A program made the translations under genes and the position numbers. Positions 42,878 to 56,660 of a stretch of DNA of 64,000 nucleotides are shown piece by piece (the first letter of the stretch is position 1; each line of letters begins with the position of its first letter). The DNA comes from Octopus sinensis (lineage: Eukaryota): NCBI RefSeq assembly GCF_006345805.1, contig NW_021833276.1, forward strand, positions 48,857-112,856. Direction: 5' to 3'. Under the pieces are notes generated by a model. That model was given only the letters and a program-made list of their open reading frames with translations. It searched no databases and was not told where the DNA came from.

Positions 42878-42977
42878 TCACTTTTTTCTGGCGATTGCAT
42901 TTTCTAATACGAATCATATTGTACATAATGTTTCCCGCTAATTCGGTTCAATAATGGTATATATATATATATATATA

Positions 42978-43030
<53 letters not shown>

Positions 43031-43677
43031 GTATGCATGTACGCTGGTATGCTTGTGCGCATTTGTACATTTGTACATGGTGTGTGTATGCGTGTGTGAC
43101 TACATGCATGCAAAGTTTCATGCATATATACATACACACATGTATCACTGATTACATACACCTTATAACTTTACACTGATATGTTGATTCTTACTGGGGA
43201 ATATATAATTTTACCCAATAAATGTCTAAGGAAAATTGTCTCAGTTTAAAGTTAAAATCTGAGATAAAGTTAAATGTCAGCAACATTTTTCAGTTTTCAG
43301 TTACCATGTGAAATATAGAAACTTATATTTCTGGTCTCGGTGCTTTGCGCTAGAGTGAAGAATGGAGAAAGAAAATCGACAATCCCTCGAACCTCATAAT
43401 TCAAAGAGTAAGTGTTCCCTTGATCGGAGAAGTAAATGTTTAGCCCTGATCAAATGTAAATAAAGGAGGAAGGTGTAAAAAATATATAGAGGTGAGTAAA
43501 AGACTGGTAGATATTGACTGCGAAAATGGGGAGAATGAAAAATGTTGACGGTTTTTGAGACTATGTTTGAGTGGCTTCCATTTATGTGTATAAAGGGTTC
43601 AAAGGAACAATTTTGCGCGTGTCTTTATCGTATGGAAGAGGTTCGTGACTACGTATGTGTGACAATGTGTGTGCATT

Positions 43678-43721
<44 letters not shown>

Positions 43722-43879
43722 CAGAGACATAAAGTGTGTTTACGTGTGTGAGAGAGAGAGAGAGGACAGAGAGACAGAGAGAGAGAGAGAATTGTGTACA
43801 GAAAATAGGATACACTGATAGAAAAAGAAGAATTAACTGAGGTAAGCGGGGGAACATAAAAAAATTGATGAAACAATAC

Positions 43880-44130
43880 GAGTGAGGAGAAGGGGGAGGA
43901 GAAGGGAAGGAGGAAAGAAGAAGAAGAGAAGGGAGGGGAAGAAGAAAGAAGAAGAGAGAAGAAGAAAGAAGAAGAAGACGAAGAAGAAGAAGCAGAAGCA
44001 GAAGAAGAAGAAGAAGAAGAAAGAAGAAGAAGAAAGAAGAAGAAGAAGAAGAGAAGAAGAAGAAAGAAGAAGAAGAAGAAGAAAGAAGAAGCAAGAAGAA
44101 GAAAGAAGAAGAAGAAGAAGAAGAAGAGAA
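43880..44130. repeat. Homopurine (GAA)n-rich tract
   Basis: Direct reading. Confidence 0.95.
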
Positions 44131-44250
44131 ACGAGAAGCGATTTTAAAGAGAGAGGAGTACAGAACATGCAAGATGAAAGTAAAAAAAATTGATAGTAAT
44201 TGAAAAGATGTGCGTGTATATGTGTATATACATACACACACACACACGCA

Positions 44251-44290
<40 letters not shown>

Positions 44291-44431
44291 TATATATATA
44301 TATATATAACATACATATATATATATGCACATTATATAGATGTGCATGCGTATATGTGTGTAAATGTGTATATGCATGCACATGTGCGTTTCATGTATGT
44401 ATATATACATCAATAGATAGACAGGTAGATG

Positions 44432-44516
<85 letters not shown>

Positions 44517-44649
44517 AACCAGTGATAGTATGTTTTACATATAAAGTAAGAAATTTTAAGTAATAAAGGGAAGTAAAAAAGTAAATTTACGTTGATTTTC
44601 CATGAGAACTAGGCTTTTGTAATGAGAAATTGTTCGTTCTTTTTTCATC

Positions 44650-44720
<71 letters not shown>

Positions 44721-44818
44721 CACACATATATATATATATATATACCATACACACCACAATATATATATATTATATATATATATATATATAACATGCATGC
44801 AAAATACACACACAACAC

Positions 44819-44851
<33 letters not shown>

Positions 44852-45394
44852 TGCCAATTGTTTCAAGCATTAAATTTTCGTTTTCCTTTTATTATTTAAA
44901 GATGTGAGAAACAAACTAGAAAAGAAAATGAAAAAGATAGATAGTACAATAAAAGAAAGTCAAACGGGAAGGTGCAAAAAAGAAAAACAACAACAACAAC
45001 GAAAAATAACTAAAGAACAAAGGAAGAGAATGAAAATGTTATTAGTGCTGCAAAAAACCAATCAAGCGTGACAGGTTCCATTGTCCCTTCTAAACTGATT
45101 AACGAATAACGGATACGGTAAAATAAATAATGCACTACTTTAAACATTGGCTGTTTATTTTCAGCAACGACCAAAAGTACGGCTTATGACATCCGTGCGC
45201 ATGATTGCTTGTCAAATAGTCCAAATGCACACTTTGATAACCACAGACCATCACAGCGCCTAAGTAACAATTATAAAGGAATGCTAAAACTCCAGCGAGA
45301 AAAAAAGAAAGAACAAAAGAAAGACAACATAGCCAATAATAATAATAATAGTAATAATAATAAAAATAAATATATAATAATAATAATAATAATG

Positions 45395-45470
<76 letters not shown>

Positions 45471-45742
45471 TAATAATAAAAACAAACATGACAACAACCC
45501 TCAACATATTGATAGTTATGTTAAATGATTCAACCTGAGCAGATCTCGCTCTTTACCGGACGGTTCAAACGATACAGAGATTTATGGGATGTAAAAAGAA
45601 GACGAAACAAAAATTAGAAGAAAAGAAAAAAATGTATAAGCGTTTGTTTCTAAGAGTTAGATAAAACTTTAAACATGTCTCTCTCTCTCACTTTCTCTCC
45701 TCCTTTCTCAGCATATGTATGTGTATAGGGGTGCATACATGT

Positions 45743-45784
<42 letters not shown>

Positions 45785-45909
45785 CTGTGCAGTTGTCGTA
45801 ACTAAGGTATCAATCTCAAAGCTGAAGTCTCAAACATCTAGACTCTTACAAATGTGACAATACAACGTTTGATGAGTTTTACACGTATCTGTGTATGTGT
45901 GTATGTATG

Positions 45910-45951
<42 letters not shown>

Positions 45952-47419
45952 TGTGTATGTATTGTGTATTTGTGCCTATATGTATGTATGTATGAGTGTA
46001 TATGTATATATTTGTGTATATGGACGTGTGTAAGTCTATATATATACACTGCCCCATGTGTACTACGTATATGTGTGTGAGTGCGTGTGCGGGCGCGTAT
46101 GTGTGTATATACATACATACGTACATAACTGTGATCTTAACTAACGCCATCGTAACCATTAATGAATCTGTTATTTAAATAATTATGACACTTCATCCTA
46201 GCTGAATTGTTTGATGTTTCCATGAAAATATATGATGGCGCTAGATTATCGGAATTTATATTTGAGATAGTTTGCATAAAACATTTCCTACCTTGCAGTG
46301 AGGTCTTAAAGAGACGACGGGCTCTTTGTCTTGTGCAACATGAAAACACATGAATTCAACTGACTTGAAAGAGACCTCATAAAATTATTTAGTGATATAG
46401 GCTTTAGAATTACATTTGATACTAATCTTAGTATAGTTATATTTTTCTTTTAGTTATCACTTAAAACTTAGTTACTAATATATTGTGTCAATATAGAAAA
46501 CCCAACAGAAAATTATTTTAAGAATTCCAAATACACACCCACTAGTCTATAAAGTTTAAATTCCTAATATTACTGAAAGTTTTCCTTCAATTTCCTCTAA
46601 GATTCTCATTATTTTCCCCGGCATGCCGGACAAAATGCTTGGAAGTATTTCGTTTCTTTACTTTCCGAGTTCAAATTCCACCAAGTCGATGTAAATTCCC
46701 CTAAAAATTACTGCTCTTGTGCCAAATTTGAAAACATTATTATGACGAGGCACCCCCGAGTAGTTGCTTTTCAGGTAAAGTGCAATGTAGTGTTCACCCA
46801 ATGACTCAATAATTTTACACTAACGCACACAGATACAGGCGCACCTGCGCACGCACACGTACACACATACATACATACATACACAGAGAAGGACAGGGTA
46901 AGAGAGAGTAAAAAGAGACGTGGGAAACAGAGACACTGAGTTATATAAAATATGTAATATATTGGCTTCGATTTTGGCACAAGGCCAACAATTTGGGGTG
47001 AGGAGATAAGTCGATTGCAACTGGTACTCATTTTATCGACCCAGAAAGAATTAAAGGCAAAAATGACCTCGGCGGAATTTGAACTGAAACGTGAAGACGG
47101 AGGATATCCTGCTAAGCATTTAGCCTGGTGTGCTAACTATTCTGAAAACTCGCAACTTTAATCCTAAAAGTAATATTACCATGCATGTCTTACCAAGATT
47201 CGACTTGCCCCTTGCTGGCCTTGGGCTAAAATTTGAAACCAAACTTACTTTTAATGTGTAAATGCCAATTGGGTCGACTTTGCCTTTCCTCCTTTCGAGA
47301 TCGATAAGGTAAGTGCCAGTTGAACACCAGGGTCGATGTAATCGACTTATTCTGTCCCTCGAATTTGCTGGCATTTTGAAGCTGACAGGGTGATGCTCGC
47401 AGCGCTTTTTAGTCACTCA

Positions 47420-48130
47420 TTAGTTCTTTCCAATCCTGTAACTCCATCTTCGTCAACTTTAAAATTTGAGTCATTGTTTCAATATTGAAACGCTCCCTCA
47501 TTTCATTTTCAATTACTTTATCATCCCGCAGCACTTGAAGGTATTTCCTTCACTCATTCTCTGTCAGTGATCTAATGATGTTATTTTTGTACCATTAGGT
47601 TTCATTTTTAAACCCTTCTTCATAATCAAAGTTGCACATGTATTCACCCCAAACTGCATACACGTATTCCTGCTATGTATTTCAAAGAGAATCCAGGACT
47701 GCTTCATATTTTGAGGTCGTTTATATATAAGAGATGATTTATATTTACATTGGTCTTTGCAAGCTTATAGATAGTTCTGAATTTCTTTTCTGGGCCTAAT
47801 GGTATTCACAGATTAAAAATTCCACAAGAATGCGCAGCTTTATACGACTGTTCCTTAATAACTATATGGAAAATAGAATACCAGCACAGATGTCAAAATG
47901 AAGGGCGGTGTTGATACAGAAGGACAAACAAGATTGAGGGAATGTCAGTAATTATAAACTTCTTACATGCTTACCATTACTCTGGAATCTACGAACTGGC
48001 CTCTTGGCAGATAAAATGTATAGCTTTCTATTGAATAAAAATTTATTACCAGAATAGCAAAAGGGATGTAAAAAGAAATGAAAACGAATTGCTTATCTAT
48101 TTGTATGTCAATAGCATGATGCCGAGTAAG
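47420..48130. pseudogene. Two highly degraded R4/Dong RT fragments, head-to-head (47420-47765 minus; 47860-48130 plus)
   Basis: Minus: INHLLYINDLK, MQFGVNTCATLIMKKG. Plus: LIQKDKQD..SNYKLLTCLPLLW..LLPE*QKGCKK. Confidence 0.65.
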
Positions 48131-48494
48131 GTATGAATAAATAAATAAAAAAAACTCAGCTATTGGTTGGACAGAGTATGAGAAAATGTAAAGTAATGCA
48201 TAACACTAGTGCCTTTTGTAGTGTTTGATAACACTCAAGGGTTAGTAAGCTTAACTGTTGAGTAATTGGCATCGATGTGAACAATTCTGAGGACCCTCTG
48301 CCGAAATTTGAAACCATTATTATTGGTGGTGTTATTGTTGTTATTATTATTATTATCATTATCATTATTATATTTATTATTATTATTGTTGGTGTTGTTG
48401 TTGTTGTTATTATTATCATTATTATTATTATCATTATTGTTGTTGTTATTATTATCATTATCATTATTATATTATTATTATTATGTTGTTGTTA

Positions 48495-48526
<32 letters not shown>

Positions 48527-48569
48527 TATTATTATATTATTATTATATATTATTATTATTATTATTATA

Positions 48570-48920
48570 TGTTGACTTTTGCTTTATGTCTGTACAAGTT
48601 GGCTCCAAGTCTCACCCAGAGACCTCAAGAGACAACAGGTTGGAAGTTCTGTGCCATATATTTGGTTTTTTTTTTTGGTGTTGTACTAGTGAATGTCTAT
48701 ACATAAAAATTAAAAAAAAATTTTTTAATAAAAATAAAAATAAAAATAAAAAAAACGTTTGTTTAAACCTTGGGATTACATAGAGAGTATTTTGCGTAGG
48801 ATATGAGCAGTTCCCATGAGCACTATCTTTTGAATTTCTGCCATTTTGGGGTTTCCTGGTATCTGAGTTAGATAGCAATCAGTCCCTTTCGCTATCATTC
48901 CCAGGGCACCTATGACAACA

Positions 48921-48922
<2 letters not shown>
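48570..48922 (-). mobile_element. R4/Dong-type LINE 3' fragment inserted in (TAA)n
   Basis: VVIGALGMIAKG..IQKIVLMGTAHILRKILSM* (stop at 48776-48778), then a 3' UTR. Plus-strand (TTA)n on both sides. Confidence 0.85.
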
Positions 48923-49000
<78 letters not shown>

Positions 49001-49001
<1 letters not shown>

Positions 49002-49483
49002 GAGTGAGCGAGCAGAGCATGCCATCAAAGTGACACTGGGGTAAAATATACGAAGCCCAGTATACCCATCATGACTACCCGTCTGATAAAGGTACACCAG
49101 GCACATGCATCACAACCATATGTGCGCGACATGGTGATCTCATATCAAGATAAACAGCACATGACCTTGCAGGTGGGGCCCAGTTAGAATTTTCTTCTGG
49201 TCGAGTAGCCCATCCCGCTCAAAAGGTCCCTGAATAAGGGTTGTTTAAGGATGTTGAAAGAACCACCAATGTTTCCAGAGGTGAATTATTCAAACCCCAA
49301 AGAATCCCTCTCAACACATGGCTATGATGCTCCCCCACTACTTCTGCTCGTGATCAGAGATGCACATATCGTCAGCCACTAAGAGACATTCTCAACTGGT
49401 TAAGGTCAAACAACTGACAAGCAAATCTGTGGTATTGAGCAGAATATTTGCTGTAGCCCATCTTTTATACCAAGACAAAACAA

Positions 49484-49485
<2 letters not shown>
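49001..49485 (-). mobile_element. Non-coding element X (about 485 bp) flanked by (TAA)n; candidate Dong-dependent SINE or long 3' UTR
   Basis: Homologous pieces at 24958-25156, 52442-52690 and 62415-62610. The sense 3' end is ...ctgctc.ctcactcAATAATAAT. No coding signal recognised. Confidence 0.7.
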
Positions 49486-49577
<92 letters not shown>

Positions 49578-49586
49578 TTATTATTA

Positions 49587-49620
<34 letters not shown>

Positions 49621-49624
<4 letters not shown>

Positions 49625-51460
49625 TAGTCTTACTTTTATCATTTGCTTTTACATTGTGCCTTGTGTATATGCTGTAGTTTGTTGTGATGCTCATATTTTC
49701 ACTGCATTGAAAGTGCTTTACGGAGGATATGCGCTGTGCCAACAGCGCTATTTTCTGTATGTTATATACATTCGTAAGTCCTGGTTATAATATAAGTTAT
49801 AATATTTGTCTGAATGTTTTCTAACCATACCTAATGCACCCTCTATTTTAGGGATTGTTTCTGTTTTTAGGTTCTACATTCTGGTTATCTCTATTTCCAG
49901 ATCTTTGTATTTAGAGAGATTCTCGGTTTCTTTTAGAGATACATTGACATTTGTTAGGGTTCATACGTCGATTAGAAGGTATTTTTTCTTGTTCGCTCTG
50001 ACGCCAGTGTGATTTATTGTTTCTTTCTCATCACCACATATTCTGCATTTACTTGTATTTTCTTCATTATGTATTTTTGCTAGTTTTTTTGTGGGGAGAT
50101 TTTGATCTTGTGCCTCAATTAAAAATCTTTCAGTCTCTGCTTTGAGTTCTGAGCTTCTCAACCATTGCCGAGATTCTTTTTTTTTATTTTCTGTTTAGCT
50201 CATCCCAGTATATACCATGTAAGGGTTTTTCTTGTCATCGTTTTAGCATGGTATTTTGTTCTTGTTTTAGTTTACATTTTAGTTGCTTTACAGCTTTTAT
50301 TGTTCCTTCTTTTTCTTTTTAATTGTCAGGCATTACGACCTCTTTTTTGAAGACCGGAAACAGTCTTTTGCTTTGCTCATGCTTTGTGGATCATGCTTTG
50401 TACCAGTTCTCCTTTGATAGATATTTTTGTACTCTTATGGAGCTAAATGTTTTATTGTAATTTTCTAGTTTTATGAGGTCTCTGTCGCCTTCAATTCGTT
50501 GTATATATAACCTTTCTGTGTCAGATTTTGGGTGGTTTATTCAAAACTCGGTCATTATTTTTCATATTTTTCCGTCTAATTTGGCTAGTTCATTTAAAGT
50601 CCAATTAAGAATATTGTAATTGTAACTTATAAATGGGACAACTACAGTATTGATACTTATCTTGTTTCTCACATTCAGCTCTGTTTAAGTATTAATCTAA
50701 CCTGTTTATAGGTGTTCCTTCCTTATCTTCTTTTTCATGGTGTGTGTTACATCGTATCTAGTTCAGTGTTTCTCTTCCTGGGTGTGTCTAGGTCGCTTAT
50801 TTAATTTTCTTTATATAGAGTAATATTGTTATTCTTATCTGATTTCCCGCTTTTCAAAGTTGTTTTGGAACATTTTGAAAGCCAATTTCATATTTATTTC
50901 TATGGCAAATCTATGCACTGTTTGTAGTAATGTTTTCAGTTGATTATCATTTGTAGCATACAGGTTCAGATTATCCATATACAAGAGGTGGTTGATTGTT
51001 TTACCAAAGCTGTTGTATTGACATCCAGGTCTGTTTAGTATGTCGGTTAAAGGTGTCTGACAGGAAATGAGTGGAGGGAGCAAGCCTCCTCGGAAAATTC
51101 CTCTTCTAATGGGAATAAACCTTTACTTTTTATCAATGCTGTTGCTACCTTCTTCAAAGCTAGAGATCCAAGGGTCCATGTGTGGAGGATGCTGTCAAAA
51201 TCCTTCCTGTAATTAGTCTAAGACATGGTTAGACTCATCTCTTGGTTGTCTGCAGTTATAACTTTGCTGATCAATAATTGATCTTTACAGAAATATGAGC
51301 CTTGGAAGCATCCTTTTCACTCTTCTAGAAACAAGTTTTCTTCTAGATGTCTGCCCATTCTCTGCGAGATTATCGCAGTTAAAGCTTTGTAGGCTGAAAT
51401 TAAACATGTTATTGGCCTGAAACATGTTTCTATTTTTTCTTTCTTTACACACAAAACCTT
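49621..51460 (-). mobile_element. Degraded R4/Dong LINE (RT to RLE and 3' end)
   Basis: TINHLLYMDNLNLY; ELKAETERFLIEAQDQNLPT..CRICGDEKETINH; C-terminus GTAHILRKALSMQ. The 3' end ...gactactgAATAAT runs into (TAA)n. Confidence 0.85.
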
Positions 51461-51474
51461 CACAACAACATTCA

Positions 51475-51552
<78 letters not shown>

Positions 51553-51817
51553 AACAAGCACATACACACATGCACACGCACATATTCTTTGTTTTGTCCT
51601 CCACTATCCTTAATGTTTTTCTTAATGTAAACCCATTCTTATTTTTATTAACCACAAAGGCTTTACATTAAAAAAACAATGTACATGATAACACTTCCAC
51701 TCAGTTAAGATCAGAAGCCATGAGAACCACTGCCTGGTACTGCATCAGGGCAATTATCATCATCATCATCATCATCATCATTATTATTATTTGTTGTTGT
51801 TGTTGTTATTATTATTA

Positions 51818-51909
<92 letters not shown>

Positions 51910-51928
51910 GTTATTATTATTATTATTA

Positions 51929-51974
<46 letters not shown>

Positions 51975-52714
51975 TACTACTACTACTACTACTATTATTA
52001 TTATTATTATTATTATTATCATTTTTATCATTATTATCATTATCATCATCATCATCGTCATCATCATCATTATCATTATTATTAAGAGAATCGGTAGCAC
52101 GCCGGGCAAAATGCTTAGCTGCTTGTCGTCTGTCTTTTCGTTCTGACTTCAAATTCCGCCGAGATTGACTTTGCCTTTCATCTTTTCGGATACGATAAAT
52201 TAAGTATCAGTCAAACACTGGAGTCAATGAAATCGACTCATCTCCTCCCCCAAAATTGCTGTCCTTGTGGCAAAATTGAAAAACCTTATTATTATCATCA
52301 TCAGCATTATCATTGTTGTTTTTGTTGCTGCTGCTGCGGCTACTGCTGTTGCTGTTGCTGCTGCTGCGGCTACTGCTGTTGCTGCTGTTGCTGTTGCTGT
52401 TGTTGTTGATGTTGTTGATGTTGTTGTTGTTGTTGTTGTAGTTGACTGAGAGAGCAGTGCATGCCATCAAAGCAACACTGGAGTACACATATACGGAACC
52501 CAGTATACCCATCATGACTACCCGTCTGATAAGGTTACACCAGGCACATGCATTACAACCATATGTGCGTGACATAGTGATTTCATATAAAGATAAACAG
52601 CACATGACCTTGCAGGCGAGGCCCAGTTAGAATTTTCTACGAGTCGAGTAGCCCATCCCGTCAAAAAGGTCCCCTGAATAAAATTTATTTAAGTATGATA
52701 AATAAAATACTCAT

Positions 52715-53395
52715 TTTTCTCAGCATCACCTACATGATCCTCACATTCATATTAGCTGAAAGAATATACACTTTCCTTGAACACAGATTTATCCTTTCAC
52801 AAACTCAGAAAAGTTGTAAAAGGAATTCTTATGGGTGCAAAGATCAATTACTCATAAGTAAAATGATTGTAGAGAATTGCTGGAGCAACAAGAAAAACCT
52901 GAGTGTGACATGGATAGACTAAAGGAAAACCTTTGATAATGTCCCATATAATTAGATACTCAAGGCCCTTGAGATATACAAGATCTCTCCTGTCATCTTC
53001 AAATTCTTACAATGTAGCATGGCCAAGTGGAACTCACGTCTCCTTCTAAACCATAGTAATGAGATGAGCCAATTTAACAACATCAATATCTAATGAGGAA
53101 CCTTTCAAGGTGACTCCTCATTACTTATTTGCATGGCACTAATCCCACTCTCATACAAACTGAATAACACCAGGTATGCGTTCAAAGTGTGTAATATCAT
53201 AATAAACCATTAGTTTTGTACGGACGGTCGGAAGCTGTTTGCTAGAAATGACGAAGAGCTAGTGGGGCTGCTAGCAACTGTTACAGAGTTCGGCAATGAC
53301 ATCGGGATGGACTTTGGCCTTGATAAGTGGGCTAAAGCAACTCTTGTAAGAGGCAAGCTCAAGCAAATAGCTTCCATTAAATTAGATGGCAGTAC
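52715..53395 (+). pseudogene. R4/Dong RT fragment
   Basis: QKSCKRNSYGCKDQLLISK..LSVTWID*RKTFDNVP..FQGDS..GNDIGMDFGLDKWAKA. Confidence 0.8.
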
Positions 53396-53409
53396 TCTGT
53401 CAAATTATA

Positions 53410-55600
53410 TTACTCCTAGATACTTATAACTCACTCATTCTTTCAATGATTTTAATGTCTGGCCGTCTGGTATTTGGATGCCTTCGCTGTTGACTAATAT
53501 TGCATACCTATCTATGTCAAATTCCATGTCTATATCTTTGCTGAAGAGTCTTACAGTCTGTATTAAGGAATCTATCTCTTTCATTCTTAATAAAAATATG
53601 CAGATCATCCATTCAGTTAATTTTTTCCTTTACTATTTCTGAATTGATGCCTTTCCTTTGCCTTCCATAAGACTGAACTGACGGGGATCAAACATAAGAC
53701 AAATATTAAAGGAAATAACAAGGCCACTGGAAAATTCCTCTTTTGATATCAATATTCCCTAAGTATGTATCACCTGAGTAGAGATATACTTTCCATTTCT
53801 TCATGCTAAAGCTAATCAATTCTCTTATGTTGTCTTGTTATACTGAATATACTGAAACACTCTCTTATCCAAGAGCGTGGGATCATGCCATAGGCTTTCC
53901 TATAATCTATCCATGCTATTGCTAGATTTTTCTTCCTTGCAATTACTTCATTTAGAACTGTTTTTTTTATGTATAATAGATAATGCGTTCCTCTAGCCTT
54001 CTGTCTGTAAACTTTCTTTTCTTCTGCTAGTAAATTCTTGTTGTGTAGGCGTTTGTAAACGTTTTCTGAAAGCATTCTTGTTAACAGCTTCCACACTAAT
54101 GGTAAGATAATGATTGGTCTATACATACTAGCTGTATCACCCTTACCCTTATCTTTCATAATGACTATTGTCCTCCCTCTAGTCATCCAATCTGGTATTA
54201 TTCCTCCATTAAGGCAATCCTGAAGTTGTTTCCCCAGCCTCCCATTTAAACTACTAAATTTTTTTAGCGGGTACCCTTGAACTAAATCTGGTCCTGGACC
54301 CTTCTATTAATGCACTCGTTAGTCTTAGATCTGACTGCTCCTCACTCACTATCTCTTTCCTAACTTTCTTTAATCATACTGCATCTCCACTATGACTGAC
54401 TGGCTTATCCTAAATATTACTCCAGAACTTTCTAACTTCTTCTGTATTAGGCTTCTCACCTTCAGTACTTCGTTCTCTACTATTTATTTGGTTATAAAAT
54501 CTCCTCTGGTCTGTCTCAAATAATCTATTCCGTTCATACTGATGTATTCTTTTCTGATATCTGGAGAGATTGCTTGCTTCTGCTATGGCATGCTGTTTTT
54601 ACTCTTCAGTTACTGTCCTAAATCCTTTCTCATTAAACTAAGTATCTCTTTATTCGGTTCTTTTTTTCTCAAGAGATGATTTGCATCTTGTGTTTTCTAG
54701 CTTGTTCACTTTCCAGGCTTTTATTCTACACAGTTCTTAAAGTCTTCACTTTACTTTGTCGTCTCATTTTCAACATTCCCTCTTTTTTTATCTTTCCCTG
54801 TGAAATATCTAATCTTCTGGTGACTACTACCCCTCCTGCATAGATCAATAATTTAGTGTCTATTATATTTTTATTATCTATCTTACTGATAACCGAATCT
54901 ACTTTCCTAATAATTTCTAGCAGCTTCCTTCTGCTGGTGCCTTTTAAGGCTGACAATCATTTTCTTACTTCTTTACTCATTACTCCACTAACCCATTTAA
55001 AATCTTCTGATCTTCCTCACTTAAATCACTTCAGTTGCCCGTGCCAGTTGTTCTTTCTTTATTGGTTGCGCTGTTATTGATTTTTTTCCTTTACGTTCTT
55101 CTATGGTTTAAGCTGTATCTCTTATGCTGTTGTATGTCTTTCCTACTGCCAGGTCTTTTTTTTCCAGTTCTCTTGTGATATCTTCTGCCTCCAATTCTGT
55201 TATCCACTTTCTTCTCCAAATAGCATTAGCTTGATCTACTAATCTCTGCTCAATCACTTTAAACATGCCCCTCTCTACCCAAAATGTTAACGTGTGTTTT
55301 CTGTAGCCTCTTTTTTTCAGTTCACTTACTAAGTAACACTATATCACTAACCTGTTTTCTTCGCTGGTCCACTTCGTCCTCCTAATTCTATTATCTGCTG
55401 ATGCTGTATTAGGATAAAAGCTGTGGTCAATCTGAATCTTTATTGAGCCACTGGCAAGTGAGAGACCTTCTCTTAAAGGTCCAGCTTCATTTTCAATGTT
55501 ACAACGATAGTTTCTTCGGAAACTCATGTCTCTCATAAAGTGAGGTAAGGTAACGTTCGTCATCAACGCCATTTCTCAACATCTGATAGTTTCAAGCAAT
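53410..55600 (-). mobile_element. R4/Dong LINE 5' half (N-terminal Myb-like domain to RT), degraded
   Basis: RTKWTSEENRLVI..YRK..W..EQRLVDQ..I (N-terminal domain); RGRTIVIMKDKGKG..YRPI..AWIDYRKAY; RGIFQ; MDDL. Confidence 0.85.
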
Positions 55601-56570
55601 TTTCTATTGCATCTTTGTTACACCTTTGTGATGGTGGTATGTACTGCATTTGAAGTAGGGGACAGGTTATTGTATTGTATCAATATGTTTTGTTATGTGT
55701 TTTGGGTTGAGTTTTCTTTTGTAGCAGTTTTTGCATTGTGCGTTGTTTGTGCAATGCAGGTTGTGTTCTTCTGTTGGGTATCAGCCTTCTATGACATATG
55801 TTATGGGCTTTGTTCACTTTGTTGGGTATTTACGGTATAACTTTATTCCTGTATGTTTTTGGAGGAGTGTTGCATAGTACTGTGTGGAAATCATAAGTCA
55901 ACTATTTCATACTATTCGTGGTTATCAATCTACCGTTCTTTCCCTTTTGGTTCGTTTTGTTAAGGGTTCATTTTTAAGCGTTTACTTTTTTTAACTAAAC
56001 ATCGTGGTCATGTGTTGATATTTCTTTCGTAGTTATAATTATTATTGATGTATCAGCGAGAGACTAAGCAGAATCAGCAATGTGCATATATATATAGCAA
56101 TGTGCATATATATATAGAGAGAGAGAGGTCCTATATAAATATAGATGTATATGTAATTGAAATTTAGAATTTAGAATTTAAAATTTTACTCACAATTTTG
56201 GTTTTCGTATAGAATTATTACAGTTTTTGCATTATTATACACATGATGTTGTGGTGGTGCAACTGGCATTCGCTATTATTATCATCATCATCATCATCGT
56301 CTTTGTCGTCATCATTATCGTCATCGTCATCATCGTCATCATCATCATTATTATTATCATTAAAGCGGCGAGATAGCAGAATCGTTAGCACGCCGAGCAA
56401 AATGCTTAGCGAAATATCACCTGTCTCTATGTTCTGATTTCAAATTCCGTCGAGGTCGACTTTGAAATTCATCATTTTGGGGTCGATAAATTAAGTACTA
56501 CTAGAATCAATGTTATCGCCTTACTAGCTCCCCTGAACTTACTGGCTTTGTGCCAAAATTTGAAATAATA

Positions 56571-56627
<57 letters not shown>

Positions 56628-56660
56628 TAATAATAATATAATAATAATAATAATAATAAT

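Noticed and set aside
43354-43407. Possible 54-nt host exon (AG|SEEWRKKIDNPSNLIIQR|GTAAGT); similarly a 99-nt candidate at 45165-45263
   Set aside because: Only splice-like dinucleotides and short open frames, with no recognisable protein. RNA-seq would be needed.
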